The notes under the pieces: model-generated
Databases searched by the model: none
Told to the model about the DNA's origin: nothing
Seen by the model: only the letters and a program-made list of their open reading frames with translations
Shown: positions 1-12,477 of the stretch, piece by piece
Numbering within the stretch: the stretch's first letter is position 1
Layout: each line of letters starts with the position of its first letter
Position numbers and translations under genes: made by a program
Origin: Octopus sinensis
Lineage: Eukaryota
Assembly: GCF_006345805.1 (NCBI RefSeq)
Contig: NC_043004.1
Location: forward strand, 100,688,001 to 100,752,000
Length of the DNA stretch: 64,000 nt
Direction: 5' to 3'

Positions 1-45
1 ACTTTCTAGGTGCAATCCCATGGTCATTAATGACCGAAAGGGGTC
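1..45 (+). mobile_element. 3' end of SINE group C, cut by the window edge
   Basis: Reverse complement of the terminal sequence cccttcggtcatgactgaccatgggattgcacctagaaagt at 59068-59108; related copies at 1662 and 52307. Confidence 0.75.
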
Positions 46-226
46 ACAATACTTAGAGTATGTACTTACATAGCATTTGACTGTGCACTGCTCCTCATAA
101 ACTACCACAATGTGCCACACCATCCAACACAGCAATACACTTATATATTGTCTGTTTCAGTACTCAACACGACACAAATCTACCACAATACACTATATCA
201 TGCAATGCATCGCATCACAATACGTT

Positions 227-517
227 AAGCCTAGCCAGGCTCATGGGCCAGGTTTCCCGGTTTCTGTGGCGTATGTGTTCTCTCCCAGCTGGACGGGACG
301 CCAGTCCATCGCAGGGTTACTCAAGACAGGAAGAGAGAATGAGAGAAAGTTGTGGCGAAAGTGCACAAAAGGGGTCGCCACAACCCCCTGCCGGAGCTTC
401 GTGGAGCTTTTAGGTGTTTTCGCTCAATAAATACACACAACGCCCAGTCTGGGAATCCAAACCGCGATCCTCCGACCGCGAGTCCGCTGCCCAAACCATT
501 GGGCCATTGCACCTCCA
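227..517 (-). mobile_element. tRNA-headed SINE: group A head with an alternative 3' tail
   Basis: About 340-517 aligns with the head and body of SINE A copies at 1250-1432 and 34458-34650. The tail (minus strand gtaaccctgcgatggactggcgtcccgtccag...cagaaaccggg) differs from the normal A tail. Confidence 0.8.
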
Positions 518-1050
518 GACTCCATATACTATACCACATGACAAAATGCAGCACAATACACTGCACGACACAAGAAACCCTAGCTCAGTACATTATGCGT
601 ATAACAAAGTAAACCACAATGCGATACGCCACATAACGAACTACGTCACAATATAGCATACTATACATTATACCATACAACAAGCTTCACCACAGCACAC
701 TACATCACACAACAAATTGAACTATAATATAGTATACCACATATACTGTATAGCAATAATATATAACACGGTAAAATGCTACAATATATATTCATTATAA
801 AATGCCAGCATGAAAAATTCTGTGAGCAAGTCACAAAATGCAAAGCTAAGTTACTATCGTAACTTATGAGACATCACAACAACAAACTGTCACAATATAC
901 ATTAGACAGCACCACACACTGCAATATTATCATACATAAGGAGGCTACATCGCAATTAAAAACATAATTAAAATACACTACTGAAACATTTCAATTAAAT
1001 CATACGTTTTACTGGGCTACATCAAATAAAAGTATCGTTATATACTGTAT

Positions 1051-1432
1051 GGAAGCACTCCGTCGGTTACGACGACGAGGGTTCCAGTTGATCCGATCAA
1101 CGGAACAGCCTGCTCGTGAAATTAACGTGTAAGTGGCTGAGCACTCCACAGACACGTGTACCCTTAACGTAGTTCTCGGGGATATTCAGCGTGACACAGA
1201 GAGTGACAAGGCCGGCCCTTTGAAATACAGGTACAACAGAAACAGGAAGAAAAAGTGAGAGAAAATTGTGGTGAAAGAGTAGAGCAGGGATCACCACCAT
1301 CCCTGCCGGAGCCTCGTGGAGCTTTAGGTGTTTTCGCTCAATAAACACTCACAACGCCCTGTCTGGGAATCGAAACCGCGATCCTACGACCGCGAATCCG
1401 CTGCCCTAACTACTGGGCCATTGCACCTCCAC
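1051..1432 (-). mobile_element. Full-length SINE group A
   Basis: Near-identical in reverse to 34458-34842, with a tRNA-like A/B-box head. Flanked by the 12-bp direct repeat cgttatatactg (1037-1048 and 1433-1444). Confidence 0.9.
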
Positions 1433-1661
1433 CGTTATATACTGCACTATACGACAATAAAATATCTTAGTACATTACCAAACTATATTACAATAAACTT
1501 ATTAAAACCACAGTGTTCAACAACAAATTGTACAATGATTCACTGCAAGATACAACACTAAAATACTAGTATACGTTACCAGACTACACCAAACGTACTA
1601 CAAATGTACTACAAAGTACTTCCAAATACCTCAGTAATATCACACTTTACTAAATTAAAGA

Positions 1662-1975
1662 CCCCCTTCGTTCATGAATGACCATGGGATTGCACCAAGA
1701 AGGTTTCCCTCCAAGGCTCAAGTCCGGGCAAAGTTGTTTTCTGGAAGACCGGCAGTCACCCATGCAAACCAGCCTCCCTTCTCCGCGTCACCGATGTTAT
1801 CCAAGTGAAACGCAAAGAGCGATGCAGTTCGGTACCAGTGACGTTGCAACTCATTTCTGCAGCTGAGTGAACCGGAGCAGCGTGAAATTAAGTGTTTTGC
1901 TAGAGAACACTAAACACAACCCGGTCCGGGAATCGAACTCGCTGCCTCATGATTCTGACCTCGACGCCCAAACTA
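1662..1975 (-). mobile_element. SINE group C (CORE-like), diverged copy
   Basis: Aligns over ~310 bp with 59066-59400 and 52305-52640. Confidence 0.85.
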
Positions 1976-2379
1976 CATGCAGTACACTGCACTGTAGAAC
2001 ATTACAAAGCTAGAGTACTTAACTAAACAACACTACGATAATTTTTTGTCACGCCATACCACACACCAACAGTACAAAATCTCGCCAAATTTAACCATAG
2101 TGCCACACCAAGCGAAGGCAAAAGAGAGAGTCCCTACTTGATCGCTAACAGAAATAACTGACAAATTCCTTGGATTCGTATTCTTCTGGCTTGAAAGATG
2201 TATTTGGCAGATTCGGGAGCCGTCTTAAGACCGCGGCGGAAGCTGAGGGTGGCTAATTTGTGTAGCCATTATCTAATTGACATTTGTTGTATTATTTTCT
2301 AACTACTTACTTTTCTCCGAGAGATCACTGTTTTCTATTACTGTTATAGAAAATTTAACCCGAACAAATTGTATATACA

Positions 2380-3176
2380 TTTACTTACAAACACGCACGC
2401 ACGTACGCACGCGCACACACACGTACATAGTGTGTATTTATGTATGTATATACGTATGTATGTGTGCACGTATGTTTGTGAGTGTGTGTTTGTGTGTGTG
2501 TGTGTGTGCAAGCGTGTGCACGTGTGTGTATTTATGTGTGTGTGTGTGTACATCTCAGAATCGTACATAATGTCAAATATACCGCGAAAAGGCAAACTTA
2601 CTGCGGTATTCGTCCCGAGATAAAATCTTTTAGGCACAAGGTAGCGTTAAAAGCACTGTATATATCACAGGCAGACGAAAAGCAAACTTCTAGCGACTAA
2701 TGAAAGCGTTACGTGTATTTCTGCGTCATTGGGCGTTATCAATAGACAGTAGTCACTGCCAACCGCTTGCCAAACGGAATTTTCTTACCACTGATATACG
2801 AAAATAGTGTATAATCAATCTCCGTTGTGAATGAAAATCCTATATACATAAATACACGCACACACACACACGCACACACACACATACACACACATACACA
2901 CATGTACACACATTCATGTACATATACAAATATATATATATATATATATATAAATACACACAAAGACAGTATGAGCGAGAGAGAGACTTACACACACATA
3001 TACACATGTGTTTGTGCGTGTGTATGTATGTATACATGTATGTATATAGATAGGCAGATGTGTAAACACATAAATGCATGCTCACTGATGCATACACACA
3101 AACTGATATGTGTGTGTGTGTGCTTGTATGTGTATGCGTTTATATATATCATTGTGCATATATATGTGTGTGTATG

Positions 3177-3234
<58 letters not shown>

Positions 3235-3455
3235 TTAGATATATGGCTCCTGTCATTAGGCCGGGAGGCTTTACCCATAGAAAACTGCTTCTATGAAAAG
3301 TACAACGGTCCAAATAACGAAGCTGAATATGTAGGTATCTGGTTATGAATGTGCATGCGTATATCTATACATACACACATATATGCATGTACATACGTGC
3401 GTATGTATGTATGTATTACGTAGATATATATGTATATACACACACACATCAATGC

Positions 3456-3530
<75 letters not shown>
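2380..3530. repeat. Compound microsatellite region (TG)n/(CA)n/(TA)n
   Basis: Dinucleotide tracts seen directly at 2380-2550, 2850-3230 and 3345-3528. Confidence 0.95.
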
Positions 3531-3531
<1 letters not shown>

Positions 3532-4180
3532 TAGAGATATTTTTACAAAAACAAGACAGATTCACTAAATAAAGTACAAAATACATAAGCTAGAATAAAA
3601 TATTTTCTATTGAAAATAACATCAAGGTCTCACTATGTAATGCTTTTCAAACTGTAGAAAAAAAAAATGGATGTTTGTCGAGCATATTGACAATCTGTGT
3701 ATATAAACGTTATGAAGTGCTAGGTGCAACGGTTGGAATAGAATTATCGATGCAAAATAATGAAGATCCAGAATATGGTTGTATTAATGCATGATTTATG
3801 GCAGGGGATATGAGATATGAGATATGGAAATAAGAACGGTAGATGTGAGAATTGAGTATTTGTTTATAGGATATGGTTAATGCATATGGGTTTGAGCGTG
3901 TGATACTAATGGTTTACGTGATATGAAAACAGATTTTAAATTAGATAAGAAGACTCTATGTATAATATAACATTTTATTTATAATAACTAGAATTAGAAA
4001 ACACAAAAGATAGTTGATATTACTAATTCATTGTATAATTGTAAAAATTCAAGAGATAAAACCAATATGAACTTTGAATTATTTAGCTGTAAGCAGTATA
4101 TTCCTGCAGCAATTTATGTCAATATTCATATGATTAATAATGCTATTTCTAAGAAAAGAAGATATATTCTTTCAAAAAGA

Positions 4181-4337
4181 AGTGGCTGCGATTCTTAGAA
4201 GCTTGCAACTACGTTGTCTTGGGTTCAATCTTACTGCATGTTACCTTGCTCAATGGTACCTTCCTACTATAGCCCCTGGCCGTGCAAAGCATTGTGATAG
4301 AATTTGGTAGATGGAAATTGAAAGAAGCCTGCCCTAT
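4181..4337 (+). mobile_element. SINE group B, 5' half, diverged
   Basis: agtggctg...cctactatagcccctggcc...gaaattgaaagaagcctgcc matches the 5' half of 35412-35828; followed by (TACA)n. Confidence 0.75.
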
Positions 4338-4396
4338 ACATACATACATACATACATACATACATACATACATACATACATACATACACACATATT

Positions 4397-4518
4397 CGAG
4401 GGGGCGCTGAAAAGTTCCTAGATTTATGGGTATCGTGAAAGACCTGGTTGGAGGCCCAACCTTCCAACTTCTTTTACAGGGCCTAGAAAAGTTGAAGGCC
4501 CTCTCCAATATGTGTACA
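4397..4518 (+). mobile_element. Mariner-derived miniature element, truncated
   Basis: Begins with the TIR cgagggggcgctgaaaagttcct; homologous to the copies at 45879-46081 and 46154-46362. Confidence 0.75.
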
Positions 4519-4654
4519 ACTAGAACTTGTACCCTCTGTCAAGGCATTACACGCAAATTATTTCCCCCAAATAAGTAATATTTTAATGACTACACAAGCC
4601 CACTTTTCTGTAGTAAGTTTGTAAATTTCCGCTAAAATTGATACCTTATTATAT

Positions 4655-4868
4655 AGGCTCAGCTGTGTCTGTGTAGTAAGAAGCGTGGTTCCGGGTTCAG
4701 CCCTACCGCATGTCACCTAGATAAAGTATCTTCTGCTATAGCCTCGGCTCGACCATATATATACGGCGGGTTTCTTTTAGTCTCCGGCTACTAAATCCAC
4801 TCACAAGTTATGAGTCGGCTCGAGGCTATAGCAGAAGACACCTGTCCAAGGTGTCACGCAATGGGACT
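4655..4868. mobile_element. Two SINE B 5' fragments in inverted orientation
   Basis: cttctgctatagcctcggctcgacc (plus-oriented) faces gtcggctcgaggctatagcagaag (minus-oriented). Confidence 0.7.
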
Positions 4869-4882
4869 ATATATATATATAT

Positions 4883-5170
4883 TAATAGTAATGGTAAGAC
4901 AACAAAATGATTAATGAGACCTCGATATTATGTAAATAGAGGAATTTATATGTAATATAATATGTGACAATTATTCGATTGCCATAATAAGACTCCGAGT
5001 TTCGGATATCGGGGCGGAAACCTTCTCCGGCATCTTGTCCGTTATCGAGGCAATCAAAAATGCTATGAAAATGACCGTTGAACAAAGGGAAATTGCTATG
5101 TAATTGTCTGTTATTAAGACAAAGGAGCTATTAGAATGACCGTTAAATAAGGGGAAAAACCGAAGGAGAG
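4883..5170. mobile_element. (TA)n-abutting inverted-repeat element, partial
   Basis: Starts at a TA tract. 4883-4975 is the reverse complement of 26160-26265, and the interior resembles 26085-26150. Confidence 0.65.
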
Positions 5171-6419
5171 AAAGTAAAAAGTAAAGAAGTAAAAAAGCTC
5201 ATAGCCTAACGATTACATTAAACGGTTAGAAAATACCACATATGTTCAATATACACATACAGCAACAGTAGATCTCAACATATAGGAAAGTCTCATTTAA
5301 TTATTACAGCTTTTGCAATTTAACAACGATCTATCATACAATTTCCACAATAATAATTGCTAAACCCATTACATAATAGTAACATTTCATACGTTCACAT
5401 AATTATTTAACTTTAAACTGTATTAACACCCCATCGTCAATTAAATTATTTAATTATCCAACTTGCAATTTACTATTTCCATTTAAATCATGAATTCATT
5501 GTTTCATCTAAAGATTTTTTTTAATTTGACTGTAATTAACTGTTTTACAACTTGTTCTTCAACAGGTTCTCTAATTGAACAGATTACAAGTTTCAAACTC
5601 AATATCTATACGACAATATAAAAAGAAAATGTGTATTTTATTGTATATTTATTTTAATTCACTTCAATATTATTCCATAATAATTTATATTATAATTCAT
5701 ACGCCAATGTATTCACTTTCTCACAATGTCTTTTAAATTGACAGCCTATGTTTTCTTAATATTGTATTTGATTAGATATTACGATTGTTTTAACATAATC
5801 CTAAATTGTCATCATTAACGACATGCAATTTGCATACATCCATATTTATGTGACGCAGCTCTGCTAACAAAAATTCCATTTAAAGTTATGCATGTTGTAT
5901 ATTTATCAATAGAAGTTTTGCAGGGTGGAATGCAAACAAATAATGATAGAATTCGATCAAATACATTTATATTCAGACTGCTTTTAATATCTACATTTAC
6001 ATATCTAAAGATATGTACGTTAAATATTATTTCATTGAATCTGTTTGTAAGTTAAAGCTTTTAATACGTGAAAATCAAAACAGTTATATAAGATTTACCT
6101 AATCACGTGAACTTTAATCTATATGAATGGATATATATAGAATCTCCCCCAAATGCTAACATATAAGTAGATTTCCAAAACTTAGTCTGCAATTCCCCAA
6201 TTATGTATTTCCACCACTAGACGACCGACGTCCATTACATTCGGTAATTGCGTACAGATGTTGTTTTTTCTCAAAATATATTGTGCTTGATAGCATTTCT
6301 TGGAATAAATTTAACAGAAACAAAAACATTTTCTCCATTAAACAAAACAGTCTATATACAGTAAATGACTTGTTATTTTGCCATGGACCCTGTACTTAGT
6401 ATTCCTTTATTAGATCATA

Positions 6420-6461
<42 letters not shown>

Positions 6462-6489
6462 CATGTATGCATGCATATATATATATACA

Positions 6490-6521
<32 letters not shown>

Positions 6522-6946
6522 CGTACATACATACAGACAGACACACATATATGCATACATAAATACATACATACATGCGCTCGTACATACATACCTACAA
6601 ATAAACTTACATACATACATACATACATACATATATACATACATACATATATACATACAATTCATTTCTGTGAATAACTGTTTTAAGAAATCATTGACTT
6701 TTGTTTTTGCTTTTTTGTTGATTTTTTTTTCTGTTTTGTAATATTTTCAGTGTATAAATTAAAGAAATTCACGCAATATTATAGTGCATTAATAACCTGA
6801 GAGCTGGTATATTTAATGTAGTAAACCAAACAATTTTAATTAGTTGTATTAATTTTAATGATAAGGACAATCATTTTCTAAGTTATTGCTTTCCTTATGA
6901 AAACCCAAAAAATTATTTTGGTTTTCATTATCATGTATAGTAGTTG

Positions 6947-7085
6947 TCACATAATTGTAAATCTAGCTTGTAAATGTTTGAATAATATAAAGCTTTTTCC
7001 ATTTTTTTCTGCAGATGCATTTTGCAATGATTCTTCACGTAGAAAAATCCTTTTGTTGTCGATTTTTAGAAGTTCGTCTCTTTGT
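6947..7085 (-). CDS. Candidate terminal coding exon of an unidentified gene (xQRDELLKIDNKRIFLREESLQNASAEKNGKSFILFKHLQARFTIM*)
   Basis: Pyrimidine-rich acceptor ttttctttattttcctacttccag on the minus strand, 45 open codons to TGA, then ~1.7 kb of AT-rich, SINE-free sequence. No homology recognised; could be chance. Confidence 0.2.
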
Positions 7086-7552
7086 CTGGAAGTAGGAAAA
7101 TAAAGAAAATTGCAAAACTTCGAAACACGTCAACAGAAAATACATGCATTAGCATTGCTAGAAAAACCAAATAGTCCCAATCGAAACCGAGAAACATGGA
7201 CTCATATTTTCGGAAACTTTATTCTTTGATCTAACAATTTAATCACAGATATTTTAGTCTGTATAAAATACAAGTAGACATGGGGTTCGTTTGTGTTCCG
7301 CATAGGCTATGGATGAATCCGTTTGAATTTGGAGCTAAGTTAGTTGAAATAATTTAACTGAAGCAGTAAAAACGAATCACCGAATACAACACAACTTCAA
7401 CAATGCAGTTTAAACTTATTATCAGTGAACCAGCAGTTCATCATTCTATTCAGTCGGCCATTTTGTTTCAATAATTTTGTATTAATAATAAGTACTTATT
7501 ATTTTAGCGTCGGACCAAATACTTATAAGTATTCCATCATATTCCTTCATCA

Positions 7553-7830
7553 TCATCATCATCATCGTTTAACGTCCGCTTTCCATGCTAGCATGGGTTT
7601 GACGGTTCAACTGGGGTCTGGGAAGCCCGAAGGCTGCACCAGGCCAGTCAGATCTGGCAGTGTTTCTACAGCTGGGTGCCCTTCCTAACGCCAACCACTC
7701 CGTGAGTGTAGTGGGTGCTTTTTATGTGACACCGACACAGGTGCCAGACGAGGCTGGCGAACGGCCACGCTTGGATGGTGTTTTTTATGTGCCACCGACA
7801 CACGAGGCTGGCGAACGGCCACGCTCACAT
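7553..7830 (-). mobile_element. 3' fragment of a retroposon ending in a (GAT)n tail
   Basis: Minus strand gtggttggcgttaggaagggcacccagctgtagaaac...catgctagcatggaaagcggacgttaaacgatgatgatg; internal duplication of cgaggctggcgaacggccacgct. Confidence 0.65.
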
Positions 7831-8314
7831 CTCATTAGAGTCCACCGTAGCCAATTTACCTTTCCGAGGTCAATAAAGTAAATACAGGGATCGATACATT
7901 GGATTATAGCCTGGCGATGATCTTAGTTCAAGGATTAAAAGTCATGAAAGAATAAAGGAATATGAGATTATTCAATTCCTATGAAAGATTGGTCGAAAAT
8001 GTTAAGTTGAAGGCCAGTAGGAATGAATCTCTAAGAATATTGTGCTAGTGCCAAATATTTAGCAAGCCACATTTGACGTTCGGAACAAATCGATCCACAG
8101 TCCTTAATGAACTCAATCATTGAAACACACATAAAACAAACGCTGGTTAAGAAAACCGTTTGAAGAAGTTGGAAACGGAAGGCTCTAAAGGTCACAAAAC
8201 ATCTGATGTTCATTCTTCTTTGTTTATAGACATTCCCTTTAATTAATATTCTGTCAACATTGTTGCCTATCATTTTCTCGCTAACTTTCTCAACATCTCT
8301 ATTTCTTTTCTTAT

Positions 8315-8359
8315 GATCTCTCTCTCTCTCTTTCTCTCTCTCTCTTTCTCTCTCTCTCT

Positions 8360-8405
<46 letters not shown>

Positions 8406-8678
8406 TTCTCTCTCTCCCGTCTCCCCGCATCTCGTCTTTGTTATTTTTCCGTGGGTCTGTTTAAGGATCAATTGGTTCAGCTTTTTCTTTTACCTATTTT
8501 TCTTTCATTCTACATTGACTTATTTATCATACACATACATTCATACATACATACATAAATACATACATACATACATACATACATACATACATACATACAT
8601 ACATACATAAATACATACATACATAATACATACATACATACATACATACATACATAAATGCATACATACATACATACA

Positions 8679-8710
<32 letters not shown>

Positions 8711-8733
8711 CGTATGTACATATTTATGATTGT

Positions 8734-8816
<83 letters not shown>

Positions 8817-8857
8817 TACAGACAGACAATCTGACTGACTGAGAGAAACACAGGTAA

Positions 8858-8890
<33 letters not shown>

Positions 8891-9204
8891 AAGACAGACA
8901 GAAAGACAGACAAACAGGTAGATAGACAGACAGACATATAGATGGACAGACATACATACAGATAGAAAGTTAGATAGATATAAAGATAAGTTGATAAGTA
9001 GGTTTGTGTACCTATTGGTTGGTGAATGAAAAATAAAACGAAACACTTAATTTCAAAGGCAAGGCAAGCCATCCTTTCATTAAATTCTAAAACTGGATAG
9101 AATTACGTGGTTTGTTTTTGTAGCATATAGCAAAATCTAACTTCTCCGTTCCCTCTTAAGCTTTGATTTATATACGCACTTAATGCCATTTAAATAATTA
9201 TATA

Positions 9205-9240
<36 letters not shown>

Positions 9241-9294
9241 TGTATGTATGTATGTATGTATGTATGTATGTTATGTATGTATGTATATACATAG

Positions 9295-9325
<31 letters not shown>

Positions 9326-9400
9326 GAGAGAGTGAGGATGAGGAAGGAGAGAGAGAGTGAAGAGGAGGGAAGGAGAGAGAGAGACAGACAGAGATTTGTT
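8315..9400. repeat. Compound microsatellites (CT)n, (TACA)n, (GATA)n, (TATG)n
   Basis: Seen directly. Confidence 0.95.
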
Positions 9401-9964
9401 ACAATGCAATTTACATATACGTCAGTATATTTATCTTGAATATTTGTGCGTTTATATATGCGGAATATAGTGTGTATGGGCTCGCATGAGTTTTGTGAGT
9501 ACAAGACTATATATTTTAATTACAAAAATAAAGAAAAGAAAAGCGAAGAAATCTTCCACATCGGCAACTAAAACGAAATTCTTTGATAAAGGTGTCAGGG
9601 TGCGAGTATAAAAATGAATTCAAAGGCATACAAACATTTTTATCCTTGTTATTAATATATACATACAAAAATAGAGAAGTGAGAAAATAAAAGGTCATTT
9701 TATATTTGTGTAACTTCGCATACATGCATACACACACAAATACATCTCATGTAGCCACATGCGTACAAATACACACCCATGTACCCACATACGCACATAT
9801 ACACATACATTCGCGCTCGCACACAGAAATGAATTCATACCAATTCTTTAACAAATGTTAGGAAGAGGTATTCATCTAAGGGACATGAAATAAGAGCAAA
9901 TAGGCCTCTTAGGGACATATGCCAATAATAAGTAATTGGTAGGGCTCTTCAGTTACCGGCTACC

Positions 9965-10090
9965 GTACAAATACGCACGCACACACGCGCACACACGCGC
10001 GCGCGCATGTATATATTATATATATAATATAAATATATATACGCATACATATTAAATAAACACACACACACACATATTTATACATATGTA

Positions 10091-10139
<49 letters not shown>

Positions 10140-10391
10140 TACATATTTATACATATGTAATATATATATATATATATATATATACATATTTATACATATG
10201 TATATATATATATATAGATAGATAGATATGTATGTATATGTATGTGTGTATGTATATAGATTGATATATAGAGAGAGATATATGTAGGTATGTATGCATG
10301 TGTCTATGTGGATATACATAATTATTCGTATACATATGCAATTATATATACACACCTAATATATATATATATATATATATTATACATATTT

Positions 10392-10446
<55 letters not shown>

Positions 10447-10575
10447 CATATGTATATATGTATATATATATATAGATAGATATGTATGTATATGTAGGTG
10501 TGTATGCGTGCGCGTATGTGGAAATACATAATTATTCGTATACATATACAATTATATATACACACCTAAGATATA

Positions 10576-10608
<33 letters not shown>

Positions 10609-10610
10609 AT
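9965..10610. repeat. (TA)n-rich compound microsatellite with a ~210-bp tandem duplication
   Basis: atacataattattcgtatacatat..caattatatatacacacctaa occurs at about 10313-10359 and 10524-10569. Confidence 0.9.
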
Positions 10611-11849
10611 AGCGTTATTTCCAGTTACGCTTTATTTGAATTAGCGTTATTTTCAAAAGAGCTTAATGACAAAAAAAATATCCCAAAATTTCAGTAGAGT
10701 TACCCGAGTTTACGTCGCTTTCAGCAAACATATTTCATAGCATAAAATTGCAAAAAAAAAAAAAAATTTTAACTATACTTAAATAGAAAATCAAATAAAA
10801 TGAAGGAAATAATATCTACAGATCATTTAAGACAGCTGTGAGCTAATTAATGTTTCCGGGTGATTTTTCGTGGTACGTCGTATTTCGATTTAAGATGCAT
10901 GTTTTGGAACCATTACCGACAAAAGTTGAGATATGTTCGTAAATGTGTTTTACATATATATGTAAAGGTTAGAATCATTAAAATTAATGAATTTTATCAG
11001 TTGCCATCATATAAAACCTTTTAGGTAAAATACAATTATTATGATATATAATTGTATAGGGTACAATAATACTTAAGCGCACAAAAACTATTATGCCTAA
11101 GGTTTTTTATATGCTAGCCATTAATATGATAAAATTAATCTTTCTATCTTCTAATTATGTATTAGATATAATCCATTCACTTCAGGTCAGTTTATTTACC
11201 GCTGTACTATACTCACCAAATACACACGTGTTGAGGTGAACTGCGAAATTCGATACGTATATATTTGTGAATATTTATATGTGCTCTCATTTTTGCGTAT
11301 GCTTTTCTGAAGGTATGTATAGATATTTTCATTTATTTCGCCCAGTGTGTCTTGATGAAAGAAAAGTTACTAAACTAATCCAGAAATTGATCAATCCAAA
11401 ACTAACTGAATTATTTTATTAATTTCTAGCCAGTCTGCTTTTCTCGCTTCCAACCTGTGTAACTATTTGTGGAGTGAATACTTGAAGTGGTAGGGCATAT
11501 TCGGCATACAGGCATAATAGCTTCTGTAACTTATACGATTATCTCTCTAGCTGCTATCAACAAGGTGTTACAGGGAAAAATGTACATACTGCCTCCAGAA
11601 CAATTTCTACATTGGCCAGATGTCTAACAACGTTTTTAAGTAGAATAACTATGCAACTGGAAAATGACGCCTTACAGACCCATTGTTTAGACTGCAATAA
11701 ACCCATACTCTTAATATTTTTTATTTTCATGCTTGTTGTTCCATGTTCAGTGTAATTAACAACAATAGTCTTAACTAGAAATCTTTGCATTATTATATTC
11801 AAAGCGGAAGTAAAATTACTTGAAACAAATAAACTCTAACTAGTTATAT

Positions 11850-12010
11850 TTTACTTGTTTCAGTCTTTGGGTTGCGGCCATACTGGACCACAGCCTGGAA
11901 TGGTTTGCTAGGACAACTCGACCACAGGATTTACTCTGCTAAACTGCTAACCAACACCGGTTGGCAAGCAGTTGTAAGGAACTTCCCAAGACGCTAAGTG
12001 GATTTAGAAA
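11850..12010 (-). mobile_element. Old, internally deleted SINE B remnant
   Basis: ttttacttgtttcagtc...tgcggccatactgg matches the B tail; the rest is diverged. Confidence 0.55.
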
Positions 12011-12057
12011 TCGGAGCAGTTTCCTCAGTCAGCACTATTGCAAATACTAGATAACAT

Positions 12058-12477
12058 ACTTATTACTTTACTGCCCACTAGGGGCTACACACAGAGAGGA
12101 CAAACAAGGACAGATAAACGGATTAAGTCGATTATACCGACCCCAGTGCGTAACTGGTACTTATTTAATCGACCCCGAAAGGATGAAGAGCAAAGTCGGC
12201 CTCGGCGGAATTTGAACTCAGAATGTAGCGGCAGACGAAATACCTATTTCTTTACTAACCACAAGGGCTACACACAGAGAGGACAAACAAGGACAGATAA
12301 ACGGATTAAGTCGATTATACCGACCCCAGTGCGTAACTGGTACTTATTTAATCGACCCCGAAAGGATGAAGGGCAAAGTCGACCTCGGCGGAATTTGAAC
12401 TCAGAACGTAGCGGCAGACGAAATACGGCTACGCATTTCGCCCGGCTTGCTAACGTTTCTGCCAGCTCACCGCCTTC
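12058..12477 (-). mobile_element. SINE group D (tail type D1): one head plus two body units
   Basis: Two ~185-bp near-identical units joined at gaaatac|ctatttc (~12242); the head (gaaggcggtgagctggcagaaacgttagc) is present once. Confidence 0.9.

Larger units (their letters stand above)
518..2110. repeat. Degenerate A/C-skewed (ACACT/ATACT-like) low-complexity tract interrupted by SINEs
   Basis: Recurrent cactac/atacact/acaata words and very few G on the plus strand at 518-1036, 1445-1660 and 1975-2110. Confidence 0.55.

Noticed and set aside
1097-1561. Recurrent ORFs such as MFIERKHLK..., MRNWYLIYRPRKDE... and MTTDAGVFTSPSLSG...
   Set aside because: They recur only because they lie in SINE copies, and frames are not conserved between copies.
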